Source: Syntrophales bacterium (lineage in GTDB: Bacteria; Desulfobacterota; Syntrophia; Syntrophales; UBA2210). From it: 64,000 nt of DNA. The stretch is from NCBI GenBank assembly GCA_963662405.2, contig CAXXKT010000001.1:1888001-1952000 (forward strand), given 5' to 3'. Below are positions 51,150-59,732 of this stretch, piece by piece. The translations under genes were made by a program, and so were the position numbers. Position 1 is the first letter of the stretch. Every line of letters starts with the position of its first letter. Under the pieces are notes generated by a model that ran no database searches, was not told where the DNA came from, and saw only the letters and a list, made by a program, of their open reading frames with translations.

Positions 51150-53747
51150 GTGTCGGTTATGAAGAAATGTGGCCCTCCTATCGTACGACTTCTCTGTTTC
51201 AGTTTTGCGATTTTTCTGCTCTTCCTAACAGCTTTCATTCTTCAGTCCGTGATTGCCCTCCGGGCTGAAGCCTCCCCAAACGCAAGTAAACCTCCCATCC
51301 TCTCCGCCTCTGAGCTTGATTACCCTCCCTTCTGCATCGTTGACGCTGAAGGCGAGCCAGACGGCTTTTCGGTGGAACTGCTGCGTGCAGCCCTGAAGGC
51401 CATGGGACGCGAGGTCACGTTCCGTACCGGGTCCCATGCCAAGGTGAGGGGCTGGCTGGAGGAAGGCAATGTTCGGGTTCTCCCCTTGGTGGCTCACACG
51501 CCGGAGCGTGAACACCTCTTTGACTTTACCTTCCCCTACATGTCTCTCCACGGCGCCATCGTGGTCAGGAAAGATGAAGAAACGATCCGAAATCTGGAGG
51601 ATCTGAGAGGGCGGCGAGTGGCCGTCATGAAAGGACATAGTGCCGAGGAGTTCCTGTGCCGTGGAGACCGGGGGATCGAGATTCTTACGGCTAACACTTT
51701 CCAAGATGCCCTCCATATCCTAACCGAAGGGCGCTGTGACGCCATCGTCATGCAGCGGCTTGTAGCGCTCCGTCTCATCCAGGAACACAGTTTAACAAAC
51801 CTCCGTGTTATCGAAAAACCCATCGAAAAATTCCGGCAGGATTTCTGCTTCGTCGTCAAGGATGGTGATCATGACGCACTGGCTCTCCTGAATGAAGGAC
51901 TCGCACTCGTCATGGCGGACGGAACTTACCGCCACCTGCATGCCAAGTGGTTCGCTGACCTCCAGCTTCCGTCCGACCGGTCCATTATTATCGGCGGAGA
52001 CTACAATTACCCTCCCTTTGAATACTTGGATGACAAAGGCCGCCCAAGGGGATTCACCGTCGAACTGACACGTGCCATCGCCCGCGCAATGGATATGGAT
52101 ATCCGGATTCACCTTGGCCCCTGGTCGGATATCGTCAGGAGCTTGGAGCAAGGCGATATTGACGTCATTCAAGGTATGTTCTACTCCCCGGATCGCGATC
52201 TTAAATTCGATTTCACCCAATCCTACTTAGCAAATCAGTACGTTGGCATTGTGCGCAAGGGCGAAGGTGATCCCCCTAACGGGACTGCTGACCTAATCGG
52301 TAAGCGCATCGTGGTGGAACGTAGTGACGTCATATACAACTTCCTGCTCGAACAAGGCTTGTCAAATCAGGTTACACTGGTTGAGACGCAGGAAGATGTT
52401 CTACGGGAACTGGCGGAGGGAAAACATGACTGCGCACTTGCCGTCAGGATCAGCTCCTTGTACCTGATTAAGAAGCACGGTTGGACTAACCTAGTTCTAG
52501 GTCGAAGTCCATTTGTTACGATGGAATACTGCTATGCTGTGCCGAACAATCGAAAGGCACTCCTGGCCCAGTTCAGCGAGGGGTTGAAGACTGTTGAACA
52601 AAGCGGTGAATACCACAGAATCCATGAAAAATGGATGGGGATTTACACGGAAAGACCGATAATCGAATTTCTGCGTTATACTGCAATGGTGGCCATTCCC
52701 CTCCTTCTCATTCTCTTGGCGATTTTTCTGTGGTCGTGGTCTCTGCGTAGAAAAGTGAGAATGAGAACAAAAGAACTGAGGGAGAGCGAGGAACGGTACC
52801 GTGCGTTTTTCGAAAACAGTATGGATGCCATTATGCTGACTGCACCTGATGGAAGAATCCTCGCCGCGAATCCGTCCGCCTGCGAGATGTTTGGCCGTAC
52901 TGAAGATGAAATCCTCGAACTGGGGAGGAAAGGGATAGTTGCTGCAACCGACCCGCAACTTACCACATTCTTGGCCCAGCGAAAAGCACAGGGGCGGGCG
53001 AGGGGAGAATTGACGCTGGTTCGAAAGGGTGGCTCACATTTTCCCGCCGAAGTAACCTCTGCCTTCTTCCGGGACAGCTCTGGAGCGACAAAGACCAGCA
53101 TGATTGTCCGAGACATGACCGACCGCAAAAAAGCAGAAGATGACCTTTTGAAAACTCTCGAACGACTCAGAAAGGCATTTGCCGCCACCATTCAGGTCCT
53201 GGTCTCAGCAGTTGAGATCAGAGATCCTTACACCGCCGGTCACCAGGTGCGGGTGGCACACCTTGCCCGTGCCATCGCCGAGGAGATGGGATTTGACGAG
53301 GAACGAATGGAAAACATACGCGTTGCCGGTCTCATTCATGACATTGGGAAGCTGTCAATCCCGGCGGAGATCCTTTCCAAGCCGACACAATTAACGCCAA
53401 TCGAATTCAGTCTTGTCAAAGAACATCCACGGAGCGGCTACGAGATACTGAAGAGCGTTGAGACCGAATGGCCACTGGCTGAAATCGTCTGCCAGCACCA
53501 TGAGCGGATGGATGGTTCAGGCTATCCACGACACCTGAAGGGAGATGAAATCCTCCTCGAGGCTCGAATCCTTGCTGTTGCCGATGTAGTCGAGGCCATG
53601 GTCTCCCATCGCCCCTGGCGCCCGGCCTTGGATATTGCGACTGCTTTGAATGACATAGAAAATAACAAGGGGATCCTTTACGATAATACCATTGTCGATA
53701 CCTGCTTGCGCTTGTTCCGGGAGAAAGGATACAAGTTACCGGAGTAA
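51150..53747 (+). CDS. HD-GYP phosphodiesterase with two periplasmic SBP-3 domains, TM and PAS
   Basis: DYPPF and NYPPFEY SBP motifs; RDPYTAGHQ, HDIGK, HHERMDGSGYP. Confidence 0.92.
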   Translation: MSVMKKCGPPIVRLLCFSFAIFLLFLTAFILQSVIALRAEASPNASKPPILSASELDYPPFCIVDAEGEPDGFSVELLRAALKAMGREVTFRTGSHAKVRGWLEEGNVRVLPLVAHTPEREHLFDFTFPYMSLHGAIVVRKDEETIRNLEDLRGRRVAVMKGHSAEEFLCRGDRGIEILTANTFQDALHILTEGRCDAIVMQRLVALRLIQEHSLTNLRVIEKPIEKFRQDFCFVVKDGDHDALALLNEGLALVMADGTYRHLHAKWFADLQLPSDRSIIIGGDYNYPPFEYLDDKGRPRGFTVELTRAIARAMDMDIRIHLGPWSDIVRSLEQGDIDVIQGMFYSPDRDLKFDFTQSYLANQYVGIVRKGEGDPPNGTADLIGKRIVVERSDVIYNFLLEQGLSNQVTLVETQEDVLRELAEGKHDCALAVRISSLYLIKKHGWTNLVLGRSPFVTMEYCYAVPNNRKALLAQFSEGLKTVEQSGEYHRIHEKWMGIYTERPIIEFLRYTAMVAIPLLLILLAIFLWSWSLRRKVRMRTKELRESEERYRAFFENSMDAIMLTAPDGRILAANPSACEMFGRTEDEILELGRKGIVAATDPQLTTFLAQRKAQGRARGELTLVRKGGSHFPAEVTSAFFRDSSGATKTSMIVRDMTDRKKAEDDLLKTLERLRKAFAATIQVLVSAVEIRDPYTAGHQVRVAHLARAIAEEMGFDEERMENIRVAGLIHDIGKLSIPAEILSKPTQLTPIEFSLVKEHPRSGYEILKSVETEWPLAEIVCQHHERMDGSGYPRHLKGDEILLEARILAVADVVEAMVSHRPWRPALDIATALNDIENNKGILYDNTIVDTCLRLFREKGYKLPE

Positions 53748-53807
53748 AAACCCAGCCAAGGTCCACAGCAGACATCCGATATAAGATTATTATATTTTAT
53801 TTGTAGG

Positions 53808-54094
53808 AGGAAGAATCGCGCAGCGAAAAGTATTTCTCGGATACTCCTGCTGCGATCCTCCCACTGTTCACTTATCCTCACAATCGAGTGCGCCGAGAGA
53901 TTACCGATTATTTATTGAAGTCGACATTCTGGGGGAAAGTCTCTGTGTAGCAGATTTCTTTCGGTAATGCGCAGGAATGATCAAAGAAAAAAGGAAACGT
54001 GCTGTTTATTGGTGTCACCTACAACTCCTCAAAATCTTTTCAGGAGAAAATCGATGATTACCGTTTGAAAGTCTCCCCTAATATCTCTTGACAA
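53808..54094 (+). repeat. ~290-bp non-coding direct repeat, copy 1
   Basis: Aligns with 59170-59460; 53901-54022 identical to 59266-59387; ends at TTGACA. Confidence 0.92.
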
Positions 54095-54167
54095 GGTGCC
54101 ATAATGGGGTTACTAGTCAAGCCATTCTATTGATTAGCTTTTTGTTAAGAATCACACAGGTACTCTT

Positions 54168-55115
54168 TTGTTACCGTTGGTGAGTATAGTGAAAAAAACG
54201 GTCATTCTTTTCGGTGCTGGTGCAAGTTACGGTGCAGGAGACATTCTTCCAGAGAAACCACCCCTAGGGTCGGATTTGTTCGATCGGCTGACAGCCTGTG
54301 CACCAAGAACTTGGGGTGCCCTACCATCTCCTTACCGTGATGAGTTCGTCACGAAAGGGTTTGAAGAAGGAATGGAACTTGTCTATGAGCAGCTATCGCA
54401 TCTGATTGCGCCACTGATGAGGGATATGGCTGTATATCTAATACAATACCGTCCTTTTTCATTTGAGTCAGCTTACGACCACCTACTCGAGCAATTATCG
54501 TCTCTTAGTCTTATTAACTCGGTTCTGTTCTCCACTCTCAACTACGATTGCATTCTGGAGTTTTGCCTTATTCATCGTGGTCATAAACCGTCCTATTGGG
54601 ATGAGGGTACAAACCATAACACGATTCCAGTATGGAAACTGCACGGATCGTCAAATTGGTTCACTTCTTCTGTGAAGGCGGGGTCGGGAGTATCATTTGG
54701 CAGAGGGGTTACATTTTCTGGCGGACTAGAGGCCTTCTTGGATATCGGAACAGTTGTTGAACACTGTTTGGTCAATCAAGGATTATATCCTGCAATGAGT
54801 CTTTATATGAAAGACAAACCTGTGCAGATTGCTCCCGAGCAAATCTTGCGCCTTCAATCAATGTGGAAAGACGCGGTTCTGAACGCACAGAACGTCATAT
54901 GTATCGGCGTAAACCCATTACCGGCGGACAGACATATATGGGAACCAATATCTGAAACCGATGCTCGTTTGTTTTTTGTTGGCGACAAGAACGCTTACGA
55001 CAAATGGATATCTAAGTATCGGTCAAAACCATCCATATATATTGATTGTTTTTTCGATTCAAGTGTCAAAAAACTGGTGAAGGGAGTGGCAGATGAACTT
55101 AACGGAAGCGGATAA
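54168..55115 (+). CDS. SIR2-like domain protein (start possibly GTG 54189)
   Basis: VILFGAGAS, STLNYD, KLHGS. Confidence 0.8.
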   Translation: MLPLVSIVKKTVILFGAGASYGAGDILPEKPPLGSDLFDRLTACAPRTWGALPSPYRDEFVTKGFEEGMELVYEQLSHLIAPLMRDMAVYLIQYRPFSFESAYDHLLEQLSSLSLINSVLFSTLNYDCILEFCLIHRGHKPSYWDEGTNHNTIPVWKLHGSSNWFTSSVKAGSGVSFGRGVTFSGGLEAFLDIGTVVEHCLVNQGLYPAMSLYMKDKPVQIAPEQILRLQSMWKDAVLNAQNVICIGVNPLPADRHIWEPISETDARLFFVGDKNAYDKWISKYRSKPSIYIDCFFDSSVKKLVKGVADELNGSG

Positions 55116-55386
55116 AAAGAAGATCCTAGAATGGCTCGAAGATAAATGCGGGGCCATGAGGTGTCTAGCCTGCGGGCAGAATCAGTGGGAGTTGTTACCT
55201 TTCTCAACTTTGCAGATTGGCTTTGACCTCCACACGACACGTTTTCACTATCACAACGGCATACCATTCATAGGTATCACATGTGTTCATTGCGGTTATG
55301 TAATGCAATTCAGTTCTGGGGTTATTGGCTTTAAGCCTGAACCACCCCAAAAACCAGAGATAAAAGAATCTGAAAAGGGTTCGTAA
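55093..55386 (+). CDS. Small Zn-ribbon protein
   Basis: CLAC...CVHCG; overlaps SIR2 stop; GGAG RBS. Confidence 0.7.
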   Translation: MNLTEADKKKILEWLEDKCGAMRCLACGQNQWELLPFSTLQIGFDLHTTRFHYHNGIPFIGITCVHCGYVMQFSSGVIGFKPEPPQKPEIKESEKGS

Positions 55387-55485
55387 ATCATTAACACTTA
55401 AAGCATTTTTTCGGGGTCTTGTATTGCAATTTTGCAGAGTTTCTTTTTTATAAAAAAAGTACGTATACATTAGTTACGGGGCAAT

Positions 55486-56367
55486 ATGGAAATACCAATA
55501 TTATTACAATTAATCTTTGCTGCTTTGTTAGGAACAGCGGGGTCTGTGATAGCTCAAAAATATATTGAAACCCATGCACCCCTAATAATTACTTTATGTA
55601 TAATTGGGATGGTTATCATAGGGGGTCATGGTATTTATCGTATTTACTCGAAAGATATTTTTAAAGTAACTTCCATTATCCAAGTGAGGCTCAAATGGCC
55701 TGGGCCTTTGGTGTTCTGTTACCCATCTGCATCAGGGAAGAATCTTTCTCCCATTAGCGTAGCCCTCTTCGTAGAAGTAGTTAATAACAAGGATGTTATC
55801 TCACGTATCTCCAGCTATGAGTGTAGAGCGTTGTTGGAATATGACGAAGGGGGAAATACTGTTGTTAACCATGCACCAAATGGAGGGATAAAACTTGAAT
55901 ACAAACCGGCAGGGAAAACTGTGACGAAGTGGAGGAATTTATATGGTATGGGATTTGTGGACAACCAAGTATATTATATAACTGATCATGACTGGAGAAA
56001 ATGCAAGCGCGTTGATTTTAGAAACAATGGTTTTGATAGGCTAGCCAAGGACACTCAATTAAATCCCGGCGAATCTTTAAAAGGGTGGATGTTTTTTGAA
56101 TTGGAACATGATTTAAGGGGTCAATTGCCTGAAATTAAAAAAGTGGAATTGACATTTACTAATTCAGTCGGAGAGTCACAGTCATTGAAAATTAAAATCA
56201 AACAAAACGTAAAGGATGACAACGACATGGTTAATTATATAAGTTCAGGTGAATGGATTCTTCTTGAAGGGTACCATGACCTTACAAAAGAAAAATATAC
56301 AATGACACCGATGGTTGACTTGCGTAGAATTTTAAAAACAGGAAAATCTATAATCGTAAACCCTTGA
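55486..56367 (+). CDS. AT-rich hypothetical protein with two N-terminal TM segments
   Basis: 293-aa ORF, hydrophobic N-terminus, beta-rich remainder. Confidence 0.7.
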   Translation: MEIPILLQLIFAALLGTAGSVIAQKYIETHAPLIITLCIIGMVIIGGHGIYRIYSKDIFKVTSIIQVRLKWPGPLVFCYPSASGKNLSPISVALFVEVVNNKDVISRISSYECRALLEYDEGGNTVVNHAPNGGIKLEYKPAGKTVTKWRNLYGMGFVDNQVYYITDHDWRKCKRVDFRNNGFDRLAKDTQLNPGESLKGWMFFELEHDLRGQLPEIKKVELTFTNSVGESQSLKIKIKQNVKDDNDMVNYISSGEWILLEGYHDLTKEKYTMTPMVDLRRILKTGKSIIVNP

Positions 56368-56440
56368 GCAGACATTAAAGCGGGATGTATAACAAATTCC
56401 CCTTACTATGGCATCAATCCGATAGGGGGGTACTGAATAT

Positions 56441-56505
56441 TGCTGATTACGAAATGAAATATACAACAACTCGATGCCGATTGGTTCCCTTGCTTTCAGG
56501 AAGGA
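56441..56505 (+). repeat. tRNA anticodon core copy + conserved arm
   Basis: TGCTGATTACGAA identical to 47807-47819; following ~50 bp similar to 63950-64000 (GAAAT...CTCGAT...ATTG...CTTTCAGGAAGGA). Confidence 0.8.
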
Positions 56506-56755
56506 GCAGATAATCTACATGAACCTAGAATGTGCAGCCCGAGTTGTGCATCTTTCAACCCGCATTCGATAAGGTTGGCTGACGAATTGTGGTGCTGACT
56601 TGTATTTGTAGTCAATAAATGTGGGAAATGGATTCGCGGCTTGGCTTTCAATCCGTACTGTTCAGGCAGGATAAAGGAAAATGCCAGAGTGTCGGTTATT
56701 GACGCCACCTACAAGTCCATACCTTTCGCTTTGGAATTGAAGTGAGAATTACCAC

Positions 56756-59056
56756 TTATAATCCAGTCTTTTCGAATGTAAACCCTTTTTCCCTGAACAG
56801 TTTTATGCAGGCATCCACCACATCTGCATCGTAAAGAATCCCCCGGTTGTCCTCGATCTCTTTCAGGCCCGCGTCGATACCCAGGGCGGCACGATAGGGA
56901 CGGTGGGAGGCCATGGCTTCGACTACGTCACAAACGGCCAGAATCCGGGCTTCCATGAGAATCTCATCACCTTTGAGATTTCTTGGATAGCCCGAGCCGT
57001 CCATCCGCTCATGGTGCTGGTAGACAATCTCCGCCAGCGGCCATGAGGATTCCACACCCTTCAGGATGTCGTAGCCTTTCTGGGCATGTTCCTTGATCAG
57101 GGAAAACTCGGTCTCCGTCAGCTTTCCTGGTTTGGACAATATCTCTGCGGGAACGGATAGTTTTCCGAGATCATGAATGGAACCGACTATATAGATACCT
57201 TCAATCATGTTTTGGGGAAGCTTCATCTCTGTGGCGATAGCACGGGCAAGGATCGCAACGCGGAGCTGGTGATTGGCAGTATAGGGGTCTCTGGCTTCAA
57301 CCGTGGATACTACGACCTGAATAGTAGCGTTGACGGCATGCCTGAGAAGCTCGAGGGTATTGACGAGGTCCTTCTCCGCCTGTTTGCGAACAGAGATGTC
57401 AAAAATGATGGAATGAAGGAGATCCTTGTTATTGACTTTGATTTTGCTGCTGAACACACCCACATCTCGAACTGAGCCGTCGGCCCGCCTGTGGCGAAAC
57501 TCGAAATGCACTTGTTTATTGCTTCTGGCCTCCTCCATCTCCTTTTTGATCTCTTCAGGCGAAAGGGTGTTGATCTCTTGAATCTTCATCTGCGTGAGTT
57601 GTGCACGCGACCATCCATAAAATTTCACCGCTGCCCTGTTGACATCAAGGATATCCCCAGTATCCGGATCTAAGATCATCTTAACTGCTGCATGGTCTTC
57701 AAATACTTTTCTGAAAAGCAATTCGCTTTCCCTTAAAGCCTCCTCCGCCCGCTTGCGCTCGGTGATATCCACGATACTGGTAATGAGGTAAAGGGGGATT
57801 CCTTGCGCATTACGCTGTAGCGTGGCGCTGACATCTGCCCAGACGGTATCGCCGTTTTTGTGGAGGTATCGCTTTTCAAATCGACAATCGGTCTGCTCAC
57901 CGGCTACGAGGGAACGGATATATTCCTGGCTTTCCGCTACGTCGTCCGGATGGGTGATGTGCTCGAAATTGAATTGTTGGAGTTTCTCGATACTATAACC
58001 CAGCATGTCGGCAAAGGCCCTGTTCACCTGCAGGAGACTTCCATCCGGCTTCGTCAGAGACTTGCCGATAGTGGTGCGTTCGAAAATGACACGAAACCGT
58101 TCTTCGCTTTCCTGAAATTCAATCTCTGCCTGCTTGCGGTCGGTAATATCGCGAAAAATACCCAGGAGAAAATCTTTATCGGATAATCGGACTTTTGCCG
58201 CCCGGATTTCAACCGGAACCACTGTGCCTCTTTTCGAAAGGAGTTGCTCTTCTAGCGTAATACCGGGATCTCCCTCCATGTGTTGTTTAAAGGTTCGAGA
58301 AATTTTTCCAATGATTGTTTCGGGAGGATGGAGAATTGCCTGATCCTTTCCGATAAGTTCTTGCTTGGTCCGCTCTACCATTCGGCATAAGCTCTGGTTG
58401 CAGTCTACCAGTCTGCAGGTTTCAATGTCAGCCAACGCCATACCGTCTTGAGCGTTATCAAACAGGGTTCGGTAACGCATTTCGGACTCATGCAGTACAT
58501 CCTCCTCATGTTTCCGTTCGGTAATATCACGAAGATTCATTACGAACCCTGCCACTAGCGGATCATCCAAAAGATTACTGCCGACACCTTCCAGGATGCG
58601 CACGGTGCCGTTTTGGTGCTTCACATGGAAACTGTTAGGGATGAGGTTCTCTTTGACGAACAATGCCCTGCCGAAATCCGTAACGGCCCTTGGCTTATCG
58701 TCAGGCACAATCAGATCTAAAACCCGCGTTCCGATCAACTCGCCCGGCTCATAGCCGAGAAAATGCTCAACGGAGGGGCTCACATATGAGATGAATCCCC
58801 GCTTATCCAAGACAACGATGATACCGGATGAGTTCCGGATGATCGCCTGGTAATACTCCGCATTTTCCCGTACCGTTGTTGAGACCTTCTTGCGTTCTGG
58901 CTTAGATTGCTTCGGTTTCTTGATTTTCCGTTTCGAGGCGGATATTTTTTTGATCGGTTCTTGATTTATTCTGGTTGAATTTCGCACATTACCCCTCGCG
59001 TTGTAGCAAAAGGGATGATCCGAAAACAAAAATAGGCAAGCTGATATGAAAAACAT
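56756..59056 (-). CDS. Multi-PAS HD-GYP phosphodiesterase (start uncertain)
   Basis: Four PAS/PAC repeats ending DITxRK-like; RDPYTANHQ, HDLGK, HHERMDGSGYP. Confidence 0.9.
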   Translation of the reverse strand: MFFISACLFLFSDHPFCYNARGNVRNSTRINQEPIKKISASKRKIKKPKQSKPERKKVSTTVRENAEYYQAIIRNSSGIIVVLDKRGFISYVSPSVEHFLGYEPGELIGTRVLDLIVPDDKPRAVTDFGRALFVKENLIPNSFHVKHQNGTVRILEGVGSNLLDDPLVAGFVMNLRDITERKHEEDVLHESEMRYRTLFDNAQDGMALADIETCRLVDCNQSLCRMVERTKQELIGKDQAILHPPETIIGKISRTFKQHMEGDPGITLEEQLLSKRGTVVPVEIRAAKVRLSDKDFLLGIFRDITDRKQAEIEFQESEERFRVIFERTTIGKSLTKPDGSLLQVNRAFADMLGYSIEKLQQFNFEHITHPDDVAESQEYIRSLVAGEQTDCRFEKRYLHKNGDTVWADVSATLQRNAQGIPLYLITSIVDITERKRAEEALRESELLFRKVFEDHAAVKMILDPDTGDILDVNRAAVKFYGWSRAQLTQMKIQEINTLSPEEIKKEMEEARSNKQVHFEFRHRRADGSVRDVGVFSSKIKVNNKDLLHSIIFDISVRKQAEKDLVNTLELLRHAVNATIQVVVSTVEARDPYTANHQLRVAILARAIATEMKLPQNMIEGIYIVGSIHDLGKLSVPAEILSKPGKLTETEFSLIKEHAQKGYDILKGVESSWPLAEIVYQHHERMDGSGYPRNLKGDEILMEARILAVCDVVEAMASHRPYRAALGIDAGLKEIEDNRGILYDADVVDACIKLFREKGFTFEKTGL

Positions 59057-59169
59057 TTGTGAAATCTACATGATAACTGTTGAAATGTCAACATGGGATA
59101 TCGTCCATCAAACGCTGCTTACCGTTTAAAAGAATGTATTTTCATCAACGCTGACGTCTTACTGATTGC

Positions 59170-59460
59170 AGGAAGAATCGCGCAGCAAAAGTACTTCTCG
59201 AACACTCCTACGGCGATTCTCCCACTCTTCACCTACTTATCCTCACCATCGAGTGCGCCGAGAGGTTACCGATTATTTATTGAAGTCGACATTCTGGGGG
59301 AAAGTCTCTGTGTAGCAGATTTCTTTCGGTAATGCGCAGGAATGATCAAAGAAAAAAGGAAACGTGCTGTTTATTGGTGTCACCTACTACTGCTCAGAAT
59401 AATTTCAGGAGAAAATCGAGCATTATCATTTGAAAGTCTTAACACAAAATTCCTTGACAA
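59170..59460 (+). repeat. ~290-bp non-coding direct repeat, copy 2
   Basis: Aligns with 53808-54094. Confidence 0.92.
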
Positions 59461-59603
59461 TACATTGTCTTAGAGTTAACCAAGTTAGCAGATTTGATCT
59501 TTATGTTTTTATCTGCTTGTGAACGCTTGTACCCAAGAGGGGGGATTATGGTTCGGACATCAAAGCTCTGTTTCTCAAAATGAGGAATAGGGCTTTTCTT
59601 TTT
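59454..59603 (+). promoter_or_regulatory. Promoter + SD/ATG + terminator leader, copy C
   Basis: TTGACA at 59454; GAGGGGGGATT-ATG; 16-bp stem AAAGCTCTGTTTCTCA/TGAGGAATAGGGCTTT then T-rich. Confidence 0.6.
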
Positions 59604-59669
59604 GTGAACTGTACGATCCAATTGGGGGTACTATACTGCATAATCTTAGATGTTTACGATATGATACGA

Positions 59670-59692
59670 GATACATATAAATATTGTTAGCG
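59670..59692 (+). other. attI-like first recombination site of cassette array
   Basis: GTTAGCG core complementary to CGCTAAC at 61449; no attC hairpin upstream. Confidence 0.55.
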
Positions 59693-59732
59693 AGTTGTCG
59701 TGTCAGAGCAAACCGCATTGAGGTCTTAAAAA

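Noticed and set aside
54170..55395. SIR2 pair as an attC cassette (GTTACCG at 54170)
   Set aside because: No complementary CGGTAAC or attC hairpin downstream
59093..59332. 79-aa ORF over repeat copy 2 as an integrase remnant
   Set aside because: No integrase motifs; copy 1 has indels in this stretch and lacks the start
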